A stretch of DNA of 64,000 nt from Diplonema japonicum (GCA_964019335.1 OZ025692.1:186001-250000); one strand, 5' to 3'; counted from the stretch's first letter, positions 11,840 through 22,877 are shown. Numbers and translations are program-made. The notes: generated from the letters alone by a model not told the origin.

Positions 11840-13657
11840 CCATCTACCAACGGACCATTTTTGCCCACCAGGGGGTAAATTTTCAAAACTTCAAAAAAAG
11901 CTATTCCAGCGCAACGCCGGGGCTATATGCCCCCGGAAATGCCTCCAGATGTCCCAATTCTAGAGAGAGGGTGCCCACAGCAGGGTCCACCCCCACAACA
12001 TTGTCAAAAATATCGTTCCTGAAGTGCCCGAGAGGGGATACAAAAAACAAGTCAAAAAAAATCGACTGTAAAATTCTATAAAAAGCTATTTAAGGCCTTC
12101 TTGACGCGGTTCGTATGTGCCCCAGGGCTGGGGGACTTCTTTTTTGACCCCGGGAGGGGTTTCTGGGGGGTATCCCCGGCAAGGTGGTAGTCTTTGAAGC
12201 ACGGAGTCACGCAAAGTTGTACCAAGCAGGCTGAACACTGAAATAGGGGTCTTTTCGACTTGCAATGCTTGCACCGCACGTTGCACTACTTTTTCGGGGA
12301 AATGGTCCCAGAAGGTACTGTCACGGCGCATTGGGGTCTCAGAGCACTCGTTCTGTGTTTCGGGGCATGGTATTGGGGCAGCCTGCTCTGTAGTTGACTT
12401 TATCTGTTGTTTAGACTGCCTCCCTAGTAGCCCTATAGTAGCCCTTCGATGACTGCCTCTTTGAAAGGCGTAAATCCACTGTCGTTCGTACTCAGGGCGT
12501 TGGGGGGCAAGGCTTCTTTCCAAACAAGCCAAGCATTCGCCAGAGATTTACCTAACAAGTACAAAAATACTTTTAGGGGCCACTTTTAAGTCATAAGGGA
12601 GCGTTTATGGCGTTTTGTCACAGCATCACCCAGCGTCGGTTCCGCCCATTGCGGTGTTGTAAATATGCACTTGGTGGGGGGCGGGATGTCCTTTCCGGCT
12701 TTCATTCTCTTTTGGCGGACACGTCAAATTCGACTTCACCGGAACATCCAACGTCGACAGAAAGCACGCTGGCATGATGTCATGCCACGTTGTGGTGCAA
12801 AGGATGCTCGCGTGCTGGTGGAACTGGGTGTCCCTACGGGATGCGCGTCCTTGGCATGCGGCCTCGCTTCTTTGGGGCATCCATGATCTCCGGGAGGCCT
12901 TTGCGATAAGTAGAAGTCAGCACGCTTGTTTGTTTCGCTGTGGAAACACAGATTTCCCAGAATAGTCAAAAAGCGGTCTCTTGACATGACGGTGGCGTAC
13001 CCAGGGGTGTAGTTGAGAGACGTGGAGCCAGTGTGCCAGTAATCAGAATAATCTGGCTTGATATCCAAGTCCATCGACAAAAGGACACCTAGGAAGGTAT
13101 GCAGAGAAGCAGCATCGAGATCCAGGGAGACACCTTTTTTAGCCGCATTTGCCACATTGTTCGAAGTTATGACCCGAATAACGTTTGGGACGAGCATTTG
13201 GAGAATATATGGTATGGCATTGAGCCTTTGATGTCAAAACAGGGTCCACAAGGATTTCGATCTTCACGAAACCGGATGCCTTCCAACTGCTCCGGCTTTG
13301 CCGTCCAATCACCCTGCTGTGACTCGGAATCGGTCGAATTCGTATCAGAATCACTGTTTGTATCAAAATTGCATAATAGGGATGAGCCATCAGTGCTGCC
13401 ATCACTCATAACGTCCTCTTCCAGCCTCTTTCCGGGCGCCTTTTTTTGAAGTGATTTTTAAGGGTAAATTTGGGCTGGCGTTTTTTTTCATTTTTTCATT
13501 TTCTTGTTAAGTTAGGGCAGCATTTAGTTTATTTTTTTCATATTTTCCGCGCAGGACCCTGCCGGCAAGAAAGGGCCGGGCCGTATTGCATTGAAAGCCC
13601 TTTGCGTAAAAGATTTTTTTTCAAATCGTCTATAAAGAGACGCTCGTTGATAGATGG
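11840..13657 (-). mobile_element. piggyBac-superfamily DNA transposon, defective
   Basis: TTAA at 11836-11839 and 13658-13661. 13-bp TIRs CCATCTAYCAACG (11840-11852 and 13645-13657, one mismatch). Internal transposase fragments. Confidence 0.9.
12076..13409 (-). pseudogene. piggyBac transposase pseudogene (frameshifts, stop, internal deletion)
   Basis: Fragments FLGVLLSM..DYW..MSRDRFLTILGNLCF, WHD..FLST, YNTAMGGTD, KWPLKVFLYLL..NAW and C-terminal Cys-rich CKHC..CSAC..LC..PCFKDYH, spread over several frames. Confidence 0.85.
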
Positions 13658-14052
13658 TTAAAAATATTTCTTGAACATAATTGTAAATTGTAATGAGCTG
13701 CTACCGGTAGTTGTACTTAAAAGAGAACGGAAAAAAAAAAATTCCAAATCCGAAGTATTCCGCCATTTTTTGTTCCACTTTTCATTCCGTCCAAAAAAGA
13801 AAGAAAAAAAAAAGTAGAAGAGATAAAGGGAAAGCTCCATGATTTATAAATATTTTCCCTTCTATTTTAAGTCCAAATACGGCATAAAGAAGGGGGGGGG
13901 GGGGGGATTCTTGGAGATTCTTTATGACTATAATGTCTTTGTCATTCGCACGAGCAAAAAAAAAAAAAAAAAGTTTCAAAAAGCTACGAATTTCTTTTTG
14001 CTCGGCAACAAGTTGCATATAGTTACAAAAAATCTTTTTTGTTTCTTCTTTT

Positions 14053-14087
<35 letters not shown>

Positions 14088-14235
14088 AAAACGGTTTTTC
14101 GAGTATCACAGTTAGTGCCGCCTCAACCAGTCCTGTTCCACAGGCCTCGAGGTTGCATGTGTTAGACAACGGAGGGAAAAGACAAAAACTGAAGAAAAGG
14201 AGGAAAAAAAAAAAAAAAAAAAAAAAACCCATCTT

Positions 14236-14655
14236 TTAGACACCATTTTTCTTTTGAATAGAATGCAAATTTGGATAGAACTTCCTTGAGGGCCTGCGGC
14301 GGGATCGCCTGTGAGGTGACTGCGATGACAAGTATTTCAAGTAGTACGAGTGCAGCGAGAATGCCACGAGAGGGTCATCAACACTCAACAGCGAACTGTT
14401 GTTCATCACATTGTACTGGATGTGGTCCACGGTGCACTCCTCCCTTGGCGCGTGCTCGCCTGCCTCCCTCCTCAACACCTCTTGCACCTCCTGTATGCTG
14501 GGCACCGGCGGTGTGGCCCATGTTCTTGCCCTGTCCTTTTCTTTATCCCTTATCGGCGATGGTTTCCTGGCACCCTGCGCAGGTATTTTAGCCCGCACAC
14601 CCTCCCGCAGAGTGGGCGGCTTGGTCAGGCCGTTCTTGCTGTTTTTGGTCGGCAT
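14236..14655 (-). CDS. Small hypothetical protein
   Basis: GC-balanced ORF between homopolymer spacers, with an A-run directly before the ATG like neighbouring genes; no recognised motif. Confidence 0.6.
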   Translation of the reverse strand: MPTKNSKNGLTKPPTLREGVRAKIPAQGARKPSPIRDKEKDRARTWATPPVPSIQEVQEVLRREAGEHAPREECTVDHIQYNVMNNSSLLSVDDPLVAFSLHSYYLKYLSSQSPHRRSRRRPSRKFYPNLHSIQKKNGV

Positions 14656-14769
14656 TTTTTTTTTTCTTTCCCTGTTGGAGAAATAAAAATGGGAAGGGAT
14701 TTCTTTTTTTCCTTTTTTTTTTCTTTTTTTTTTTTCTTGGGAATAATAAAATATCTATCTCTATTTGTT

Positions 14770-15327
14770 TCACACCCCAGTGACCGCAAACCTATCAAAG
14801 TGTTGCGAGATTAAGGAAAGTTGGAAGTATATTTGCCCCGCAGGTCTGCTGCTCAACGTGAACCGGTTCTCCATTCGGTGGACCACATCCACGTCACGGA
14901 GCTGAGGAGTCCCGCCAAGGAGGAACTCGCGCAGGCGGGCGAGGCAGGAGACGGATGAGGTGTCAACAGGAGTCCACGTCTGTATCTCGATTTCTTCATT
15001 GCTGAAGCCGGAAGTGTAGCACGGAAGGTAAGCCATCCCGTATGCTACAAAGTCCTTCCTTCCGTACCCGTCCTGATGCCAGACGTGGACTACCAGCTTG
15101 GGCCAGCCTTGGATGTTCTGTGTCCTGAAATGGATGTCAATAGGGTGTGCGAACACTGCCCCAACTTCATCGTCATCACCAGACAAGATATGGGTCTGTC
15201 CTTCTTCCGCACCCTCGATGTGCTCCCAGTGTGACCCCGTCACGATTTCCCACAGGACAAACAGGTTGTCTTTGTTAAAACTCTTTGCATGGCTCAGTTG
15301 GCCTATTATGTGCAATTCGCCAGGCAT
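14770..15327 (-). CDS. B9D2: B9 domain protein 2 (ciliary transition zone, MKS complex)
   Basis: ELHIIGQL, EGQTH, HPIDIHF..QGWPKL..VWHQDGYGR..YG; ATG at 15327 after an A-run. Confidence 0.88.
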   Translation of the reverse strand: MPGELHIIGQLSHAKSFNKDNLFVLWEIVTGSHWEHIEGAEEGQTHILSGDDDEVGAVFAHPIDIHFRTQNIQGWPKLVVHVWHQDGYGRKDFVAYGMAYLPCYTSGFSNEEIEIQTWTPVDTSSVSCLARLREFLLGGTPQLRDVDVVHRMENRFTLSSRPAGQIYFQLSLISQHFDRFAVTGV

Positions 15328-15941
15328 TTTTTTTTTTTTTTCTTTCTCGCCCCCCCGCCCCACCCCTTACCCTGGTTTTTTTTTTTTTCTCTTTTTTTTT
15401 TTTTTTCTCCCAACAAAAAAAAAAAAAAACGAAATACTTGGAGCAAGAAAGGGAGGAGGGAAAAAAAAAGGTTTTCTTTTTGTTTCGCCACACCCTTTCC
15501 ACCTTTTCTCTTTTTTTTTCGAACTGATACTACGACGAAACGGAACAAGAGTTGGGGGGGGGGGGGGGGGGAATCAAATTTGGTTACCAGGTTTTTTTTT
15601 GTTTCCATGTGAGCCAGCACACGAAAGCCGGCGAGCTATGGAATATGCCACGTACTGGATGTGAAAAAAGGAAGGAGCCGGCCGTGTTGGGGGGGGGGGG
15701 GGGGGGGGGGCAGAAAGCCTAAGAGGAGTTTTCTATACCCATACAAAAGAACACGTTGCCAACCCTCCTTTTGTTGTCAAAGACTTTAGTATAGACACTT
15801 TGAGAAAATAATCTTTCTAGATCCCCCCCCTCCCCACCCCTCCCATTTCTATTTTTTTTCTTCGTATAAAAGAAAAAAAAAAGAGCGGGAGGGACCTTTT
15901 TCCAAGAGTTGCTCAGTTGGTTTGGGTTCCCTCCCGGGGGG

Positions 15942-16586
15942 GCTATGCTGGCATGGAAACGCGTTTCCATGCATTTTTTGAAAAAAAGGGAAACGGAAAC
16001 GGAAATGTTTCCCTATTTTGGGGCCGTTTCCTTGGGGCAGAAACGTTTCCTTATTTTGGGGGTTTTAGAGACTTATTTTTTTGGGGGCAAATTACTCGGA
16101 AGAAATATACGAGACAAAGGGGGCCAGTGTTGGTGGCGCCCTGCCTCAGCCTTCGCCTCCGCTGTCGCTTTCTCCAACAGCTTCTTGTGGGGCTCCACAC
16201 TATCCCCTTTTGGGGACACACGTCGCTACTCCTTGGCCTTTTGTTTGGAACATGTGGGCGCGGAGTCTGCTGGTTGACGCTACTGTGAAGACCATATCAC
16301 AGAAGCGACATTTTACTGTCTTTTTCTTCCCATCCTCCGCCTGAACTCCACCCCATCCCCAAAGCGCCTCCCGGGGGTGCTTTCTCTGGACCTGTTTACT
16401 TTCGTTTTTGTAGAGACCGACGTGCGCTTTCCTTGTAAAACCCCAAAAGTAAGTATCTTCAAAAACCCCAAATAAATAAGGACCTTCTAAACAGTGTTTA
16501 CCGAAATATACATAGCCGTTTCCATGAGAATTTTGAAAACATGGAAACGGAAACGGAAACGTTTCCACGTTTCCTGCCAGCATAGC
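15942..16586 (-). mobile_element. Non-autonomous hAT-like element retaining a BED zinc-finger fragment
   Basis: TIRs GCTATGCTGGCA at both ends, subterminal GGAAAC/GTTTCC arrays, flanked by GGGGGG on both sides. Internal W..VKCRFCDMVF..RLRAHM..VATC (BED finger) at about 16200-16385. Confidence 0.8.
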
Positions 16587-16701
16587 GGGGGGGGGGGGAA
16601 TCAAAACAAAAGAAAAAGGGGTTTTTTTTTTCAATGCCTTAATTCAAACAGTGCCGGTATGAAGAAGAGGAGACGTTATCAATACCACGCGTGATTCAAG
16701 G

Positions 16702-16735
<34 letters not shown>

Positions 16736-16906
16736 AACTTCTTTTTTTTTTTAAATAAAAAATTGCATGTATCATATTTTCCATCATTTAGATGTTTTCC
16801 TAAGTGCGAAAAAAAAAAAAGAAAAAAAAAAAATCCCCGACGATCACTACATCGCCGTGCAACTGTACGCAACCATAACGGGGTAATAATAAAAAAAAAT
16901 GGGGTG

Positions 16907-16942
<36 letters not shown>

Positions 16943-16969
16943 CCCCTCCTTAATTTTTTTTAACCCCAT

Positions 16970-19900
16970 TCAAGAGGGAAAAGCCTCTGTAGCGATATTG
17001 GGGTTAGTGGGGTCATATTGCATGTGGATAGTAGGGGAAGGTGGGGGTTGTTCAGAAGAAGGGGAATAATCAGGGGCAGACTCGGCAGGAGGAAGAGGAG
17101 GAGGAGGTGCAACAGATGGCAAATCATGTCTCGCGGAGGACTCATTCATGTCATCCGAAACATGTGTATGAACATTAGGATGATAAATGTCATCGTCCGG
17201 CTCCGACGGCTGTTGTTCATGAACCCACCAAACTGTCTGCCCAGCCCAGCGGTGGTAGAAAATCCCACCGATGATGGACAAAACGAAAACAGGGAGGAGT
17301 AAAGCAAGGTACGTGCAAAATTCTTCACAGTTGCTGTCAACATGTCCCGAACCGCCATTTCCTTTACTGGGGGGGGAAGGTACCAAGGAATCTTCCGGGG
17401 TTGTCCACGAATACTCCACCGCATCTACAACAGAGAATCTAGCCACGATTTCCAGATCTACTGTGGAGTTTGTAGTCAGTGCACCGTAACGCCCCAGCGC
17501 CTCCTCTGTTGTCACCCATAAGTACCCGCACATGACGGCTTTCCCCAGAACCGGCCGTGTGGCATTTGTCTTTCTCTCTCTGGGTATGTCCACGCAACCT
17601 AACGAATTCCTCTTCTCCACTGTGGTGGGGCACATGTCATAGGGGCACGCCTCCATCGGGCAAATGAATATCAACACAATGTGGTTCACAGGGTCATCGT
17701 GAACCAGCATTAGCTCCACCGTCCATTCTTGCCACATTACTTGTATCATTTTATTCGGTTTCCTCCCCATGCACGCCATCCACCCCCCAGGGGGGCATGT
17801 GTTGTTCTTGAACGCTGGTATACACGTTTTCGGGGAGAACTGATTCAAGCACAGCACGTCTGAAGAATGCGTCAACGAGGAGGCGTACACTGTGCAGTCA
17901 CAGCTCTCTGCTGTGGAGCCCAGTTCGGAGAGGAATCCCGGGAAAGCTGTGCACTCTGCATGTGGGCAGTTTTCTTTACATTCGCACTGGTCGCATAACC
18001 GGCTTCCGCTGGGGCAATTCCCCTCTGAGTCCACGTTGTAGCATGTGCCAAAACCGTCTCCGAGAGCGCATACCTTACTTGAGGAAGTGTCCCTGACTGT
18101 CGTGTCTGTGAGGACATATCTTTTGCACGAGCAAAGGTTTCCCACAAACACGGGATTGAGATCCTCGCAAACCGTCCCGCCGCACTGCAAACAGGAGTCC
18201 GGCGACAAGGTGCAGTACCCTCTACTATGCCACGCCTCGCATTTTCCGCACCGCCCCCGTGCACAGCACTGCGTTGTGTTGAAATCCCGCCCCGTCACGA
18301 TGTTAGTAGACATGCACGTGCAGTTAGCAGGCGGAGTCGGCCTGTTTAACCACTCCGAGCACTGCGTGCTGTTCAAACACGACAGGTAGTCTCCGCATTC
18401 TGGTATCCTTGCAGGGATAACGTTCTTCAGTGTGTTGATGATGCAGCTGCAGCTGTTGCTGCAGTGTGTCACGGTGGGGAAGATGTTCCCGGACAACGTC
18501 ACGACACGGTGGCAGGCGGACATAGAGCACTGCGTGCTTGGGGGGAGCTTGCAGTCGTTGTCCACTAGATAGTTGCCTGGGGTCTTGTGCCAAAGAGCGC
18601 ATTCTTGGTCTGGCCCACGTTGGCAGTCGCCACTAGCGTACACCACTGTGGTGTCGAGGCCTTGTAGTGACGCCAGTAGCTTGCACCTCCCCCCTGAGAT
18701 GTCCGCGTTGAACCCAGCACACCCTGGAACGCCCAGGCAGAGACTCTCACACAAATTCACGACATTGGAGTCGATATCCATGTCAGTGACCTCACAGAGT
18801 ATGGTGTTTTGCTCGTTGCAGATGTACTGCCTTTCCGGAGTTGAACACTCCATGGTAAGCGTGTCTTGGCACAGCCTCCCCGTGTATTGCTTGGACGAAA
18901 GTGTGTTCTTGTTTTTGCAGCCGCAGATCGAGGGGAGCCCCGGCCTTTGTATTGTCCACCACATGTCTTTGCTGATGTACCCCGGCACTTCCGACCACCA
19001 AGAGCTCTCAGGAATGATCACTTCCCCCTTCAACTGGCCGTGATATGTGGCACACTGTTTGTGTGGCCTCTCGGGAACCGTTACAGCCGCACACCGACAT
19101 GCCTTCTTGACAGGTGGCGTGTAACACGAGCTAAGCATCTCCCAGCCTAATGCCTGACCGTGGACTACATTTGATGTGCACATCGACGACTCCAGGGCAA
19201 ATGAATTCGGGTGCGGCGTCGTAGCATTGCCTGCCATCGTGCACGTCTCGTAGGTGCTGTACACAGCGATGTACACGCCGCTCCCTTGACACCGCACTGC
19301 AGCCCAAAATGGCAATCGGTTTTCAGGGTTGAGGGCTTGGTACTCGTGGCACAACGAGTCTGCTGTCATTTCAACAGAGTATATGATTTTCTTGTTGTCA
19401 CAGGAGTCGTAGGCATTCACCGTCGTGACTGGAAGGGACGGCTTCCCTGCACAGTGCTCGATGGTTGGGTTGCTGGAGCATGCTTCTGAGCACCATGATG
19501 ACTTCAAGTTGAACAACATAGCACTAGACGGTGTGGCTTCCCATCGCACACACACTGCTTCGTACTTTTGAATACTCCTTCCGGCAGTTGCCCCGTTGAT
19601 GTCTAACCCGACTGTGGTGCTGGTGAACAGCGTGCAGAGCGGTACTCCAGAGGTATTAACAACCTGCCACCCGTCACACTGCTGGATTTTATCGCACACC
19701 TTGGCGCAGTTTCCGGGTGGGTCAGATGGGAACTGGAGCCCACCGTTGGCAAGGGTGACAGTGCCTTCTGGCAACCATGGGAGCCACGCTGAATGGCTTG
19801 GGAGAAGCTGACCCGTCAGGCCCACACCAGGTTCAAGACGGCTTGCCTCTTTAGGGTGGTAACAGGCACCGGTGTGCATAACCCAAGAGAAACCGGGGAA

Positions 19901-20452
19901 GTCGGGAAGTTGGATGCAAACGCCTGCGTCCTTAATAGTGTCGAAGTAGATGCTGCGCCCGCTTAGGTTTTGCTCGCAGTTTGCCCGCGAGGAGTAAAAG
20001 ACAACCTTAAGGTAGGGAATGTAGGAAGCAGGATCCGTATCACACGACGCACGTGCCCACACACCCATCACAGGGGTACCTGCCGCAACATGAAGGCGGT
20101 GGCAAGTCCCGTCTGCGGGGGACAGAACACTGGAGCATGCAACTTCAGAGCAGGACGTACCGTTGTAAATGGTGAGGGCAGCTTGGGTGTGATAGGTTGT
20201 GAGGTCCGCGCAGGCAGCATCGATGAGACAGTCCACCAACACCATGCACTCGTCGCTTTCGATATGGGTTTGCATCCTCGCCTCCGTCTTCACACAGCTG
20301 CAGTACTCTGCCTCATTCGTCACCGTGCTACATTGAGTGAGGTTTGTTGCCTGTGCCTGAGCACACGCGCTCCACCCGCACTCTTCCAAAAGCAAGTTCG
20401 ACCCTTCTAAAAATTCGAACCCCAGAGCTGCCGACAGCGCCAGCAGCAGCAT
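16970..20452 (-). CDS. Cysteine-rich type I membrane protein with PAN/Apple-like modules
   Basis: Signal peptide; two CxxxCxxxxxCxxF/W...C-x-L motifs (CAKVCDKIQQCDGW; CESLCLGVPGCAGF); TM helix near the C-terminus; Pro-rich cytoplasmic tail. Confidence 0.8.
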   Translation of the reverse strand: MLLLALSAALGFEFLEGSNLLLEECGWSACAQAQATNLTQCSTVTNEAEYCSCVKTEARMQTHIESDECMVLVDCLIDAACADLTTYHTQAALTIYNGTSCSEVACSSVLSPADGTCHRLHVAAGTPVMGVWARASCDTDPASYIPYLKVVFYSSRANCEQNLSGRSIYFDTIKDAGVCIQLPDFPGFSWVMHTGACYHPKEASRLEPGVGLTGQLLPSHSAWLPWLPEGTVTLANGGLQFPSDPPGNCAKVCDKIQQCDGWQVVNTSGVPLCTLFTSTTVGLDINGATAGRSIQKYEAVCVRWEATPSSAMLFNLKSSWCSEACSSNPTIEHCAGKPSLPVTTVNAYDSCDNKKIIYSVEMTADSLCHEYQALNPENRLPFWAAVRCQGSGVYIAVYSTYETCTMAGNATTPHPNSFALESSMCTSNVVHGQALGWEMLSSCYTPPVKKACRCAAVTVPERPHKQCATYHGQLKGEVIIPESSWWSEVPGYISKDMWWTIQRPGLPSICGCKNKNTLSSKQYTGRLCQDTLTMECSTPERQYICNEQNTILCEVTDMDIDSNVVNLCESLCLGVPGCAGFNADISGGRCKLLASLQGLDTTVVYASGDCQRGPDQECALWHKTPGNYLVDNDCKLPPSTQCSMSACHRVVTLSGNIFPTVTHCSNSCSCIINTLKNVIPARIPECGDYLSCLNSTQCSEWLNRPTPPANCTCMSTNIVTGRDFNTTQCCARGRCGKCEAWHSRGYCTLSPDSCLQCGGTVCEDLNPVFVGNLCSCKRYVLTDTTVRDTSSSKVCALGDGFGTCYNVDSEGNCPSGSRLCDQCECKENCPHAECTAFPGFLSELGSTAESCDCTVYASSLTHSSDVLCLNQFSPKTCIPAFKNNTCPPGGWMACMGRKPNKMIQVMWQEWTVELMLVHDDPVNHIVLIFICPMEACPYDMCPTTVEKRNSLGCVDIPRERKTNATRPVLGKAVMCGYLWVTTEEALGRYGALTTNSTVDLEIVARFSVVDAVEYSWTTPEDSLVPSPPSKGNGGSGHVDSNCEEFCTYLALLLPVFVLSIIGGIFYHRWAGQTVWWVHEQQPSEPDDDIYHPNVHTHVSDDMNESSARHDLPSVAPPPPLPPAESAPDYSPSSEQPPPSPTIHMQYDPTNPNIATEAFPS

Positions 20453-20463
20453 CGTCCCCCGAC

Positions 20464-20517
20464 CTGTGTAACATTGTGATACGAAGAAAAAAGAAGAGAG
20501 AAAAAAGTGAAAAAAAG
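20464..20517 (-). promoter_or_regulatory. Putative SL trans-splice acceptor (polypyrimidine tract + CAG)
   Basis: Minus strand TTTTTTTCACTTTTTTCTCTCTTCTTTTTTCTTCG...ACACAG, with the AG 11 nt before the ATG at 20452, inside a 75-bp intergenic spacer. Confidence 0.6.
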
Positions 20518-20527
20518 CATATGAAGG

Positions 20528-21841
20528 TCACATCTTTGGCGGGCCCTTGCTCGCCACCCTGACAACGGTCGGTGCGTAGTAAGGAGACGCACTGAGGCCC
20601 AGGCTTCTGCACAGGGCACTGCACTGGTGCATGGCGAAGAAACGCCCGATCGTTTCACGCCCCTTAAAGAGACTCTTTCGATGGTGCTTCGAAGCCCACG
20701 ACCCGTGCTCGGGCGCGCTTAAAGCCGTGTCAGTGAGTGCAATCGTGACCTCAAGAGGGCAAGCACTACAGAATTTAGAGACGATGACTATGAGGGTCTG
20801 ACAAGACCTAGAGAACGTGAAATGTGTAAATGCATGCATGCGTTCTTGTAAGTTCGCACTACGCAGACTGGTGTTGACCCTTTTCGAGTCCCCGTTCCAC
20901 AGAGAGTACGACATGTCCCGTTCCAGAACACCATACAACTGCCCTTGCCTATAAGGGTTTGGGGTGTCCAACCTGTAGTAACACGACGCCTTTCCTTTAG
21001 GATCCACCTTCAGGAGGTGTGCCTCGGTGAAGGTCACAGGGTCTCGCAGGATGGTCTTGTTCCAGATCCGCGCGAACCCCGCTGCGACAGTGTACCCCGC
21101 AACGTCTATATAGTAAGCCTCCTTAGGAAGGGGGATCCTTTTGGCTTGGATGGACATGCCACGGTAGTCCCAACCGGCAAGCCGTGGATCTTCCATGAAC
21201 AGCGAGCTCGCTAAGAACTGCTTGTTGGAGCACCCTTCGAAATAGCTGTATGTTGCCCGTTGTACAATCGACCTCTCTGTGGCGCTGGCATCGACCGAGC
21301 ATGACACAGGCCGTGCAGCCCACGTGTTCTCAGTAGGGTGGAATGTGTACCGTGAGCCTGTTTCGTCGATCAACGAAGTCGCGGAGCTGAGGGGGAGCAG
21401 GGCCGGGCTCAAGTACTGTGGAGGCCTGGGCTGTCTTGGAGTAGGGGTTCTCGAGACTTTCTCTATCTTACACCTGCTGACTATCATCAAGGGCCCGGCT
21501 GATCGTTTGCGGAGAACGATTACTTCTGTTGGTTCTTTTCCCGCTTTCCCTCTACCCCTTGGCTGCAATTTATTGGCACTCATACTTGGTGCACGACGAG
21601 GCAGCGATTTTTCAGGATCCTCAACTTCCTTCTTAGATGCTTCTTTCATATCACGCGACGCTCCCCTTGCGACAAGCTTTCCATCTACCATTACTATCCG
21701 CCTTGTCCCCGCGGACAACGGTCTCGCCACAGGCGGCGGCGTGGGCGTGTGACCTGCATCGACGTCACCTTCTTCCAATGGCACACCGCCCTGCACAAGA
21801 ATCTTGCCCAGCACATATCGGAGGTCTTGCAAGGTGGCCAT
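20528..21841 (-). CDS. Alpha-kinase (eEF2K/MHCK family) domain protein, probably catalytically degenerate
   Basis: C-terminal HAFTHFTF, LTD, GRETIGRFFAMHQCSALCRSLGL match the alpha-kinase end (AFSHF...TDP...FF..H.C...C..LGL); DxQG motif absent. Confidence 0.7.
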   Translation of the reverse strand: MATLQDLRYVLGKILVQGGVPLEEGDVDAGHTPTPPPVARPLSAGTRRIVMVDGKLVARGASRDMKEASKKEVEDPEKSLPRRAPSMSANKLQPRGRGKAGKEPTEVIVLRKRSAGPLMIVSRCKIEKVSRTPTPRQPRPPQYLSPALLPLSSATSLIDETGSRYTFHPTENTWAARPVSCSVDASATERSIVQRATYSYFEGCSNKQFLASSLFMEDPRLAGWDYRGMSIQAKRIPLPKEAYYIDVAGYTVAAGFARIWNKTILRDPVTFTEAHLLKVDPKGKASCYYRLDTPNPYRQGQLYGVLERDMSYSLWNGDSKRVNTSLRSANLQERMHAFTHFTFSRSCQTLIVIVSKFCSACPLEVTIALTDTALSAPEHGSWASKHHRKSLFKGRETIGRFFAMHQCSALCRSLGLSASPYYAPTVVRVASKGPPKM

Positions 21842-21983
21842 CCGTCCTCATAGCCTATGGTGTGGTGGGTACGAAGCAAATAACGAAACGAAGAAATAAG
21901 AATGACTTTTAGTTGCTGACTTATGAGCAACTTCTAAAAAAAAAAGGGGGGGACTCTATATTTTCTTTTTGGTTTACTCCGTT

Positions 21984-22877
21984 TCATTCCTCTTTTTTGT
22001 GGTTGGTGAACGATTTTGCCTTCACGGTACACTTCTCAAGGGAGCACATGTCGGAGGGTCGGGACAGGTTCTCGAAGAGCTGGAGGCCGGTGAGAGACTC
22101 GACTTCAGAAGTGGGGACCTTGTATGCGATAGGGGCGTCGTTGGAGGGGCTGTTCGGCACAATGAAAGAAGCACTGTAGTGGTACCCCCTGGAGGTCTCG
22201 ATGACAATCGTTTTGAAGAGGTGAGTAGGTACAGCCACGTCGTGTGGGCCAACTACCTTGTACGTCACTTCCTTAGCTCCATTTTCAGAATGTTGTTCGG
22301 GCTTCCAGATGGGCCCTGAGGCAACCCATGTGTGGGGGTGCTTCTTTGCGACAACCCTGACCAAGTTCTCCAGGTGGAACCACGACCCGGTGTTTGACCC
22401 GCTGTCTTGAGGAACCACATTGTGATTCAGGATGAAAGTTGCGTCCATTACATCTTGGTTTAGCTTCATGTCGGCGGCGGGAACCATGTGCCCTCTCACA
22501 TAGTCGCCGTGGGAACGGGCTTCTTTGTAGTCGGTAAGGGATGATCTGAAGGCTTCAGGAACTTCTTTTGCAGCTTTAAAAGAGCTTTTCTCACGTCCAA
22601 CAGAGCCTTTCAGGCTCTCTGGAGTGAGGTGTTCCAAAACCCAGTTGGGGCACCTCGTCCTCCAGTTGTCGGAAGTCACGAAAGACTGTTCCACCACGTT
22701 GATGTGCTCGTCAGACGGCAGGCCCCACTTCACCAGATCCCCCTTCATCTCCACCGCGCCCTTTAGGATGATCTTCTCTTCTTTCTTCCCTTCGTTCCAC
22801 CACATCCCGCCGACCAACCCAAGGGACCCCCCCGTCACACACCCCAACCCATACAGCATCCCTTGCTTGCTAAGCAT
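21984..22877 (-). CDS. ENDOG: Endonuclease G / Nuc1-type DNA/RNA non-specific endonuclease
   Basis: PNWVLEHL, RGHMVPAAD, TF..N.VPQ..N.G.W..LE, SGP, VAVPTHLFK, EVESLTGL. Confidence 0.88.
   Translation of the reverse strand: MLSKQGMLYGLGCVTGGSLGLVGGMWWNEGKKEEKIILKGAVEMKGDLVKWGLPSDEHINVVEQSFVTSDNWRTRCPNWVLEHLTPESLKGSVGREKSSFKAAKEVPEAFRSSLTDYKEARSHGDYVRGHMVPAADMKLNQDVMDATFILNHNVVPQDSGSNTGSWFHLENLVRVVAKKHPHTWVASGPIWKPEQHSENGAKEVTYKVVGPHDVAVPTHLFKTIVIETSRGYHYSASFIVPNSPSNDAPIAYKVPTSEVESLTGLQLFENLSRPSDMCSLEKCTVKAKSFTNHKKEE

Noticed and set aside
15596-15645. Hairpin followed by ACA on the minus strand, as a candidate single-hairpin H/ACA snoRNA
   Set aside because: Pocket-to-box distance is about 10 nt rather than 14-16, and no target can be verified.
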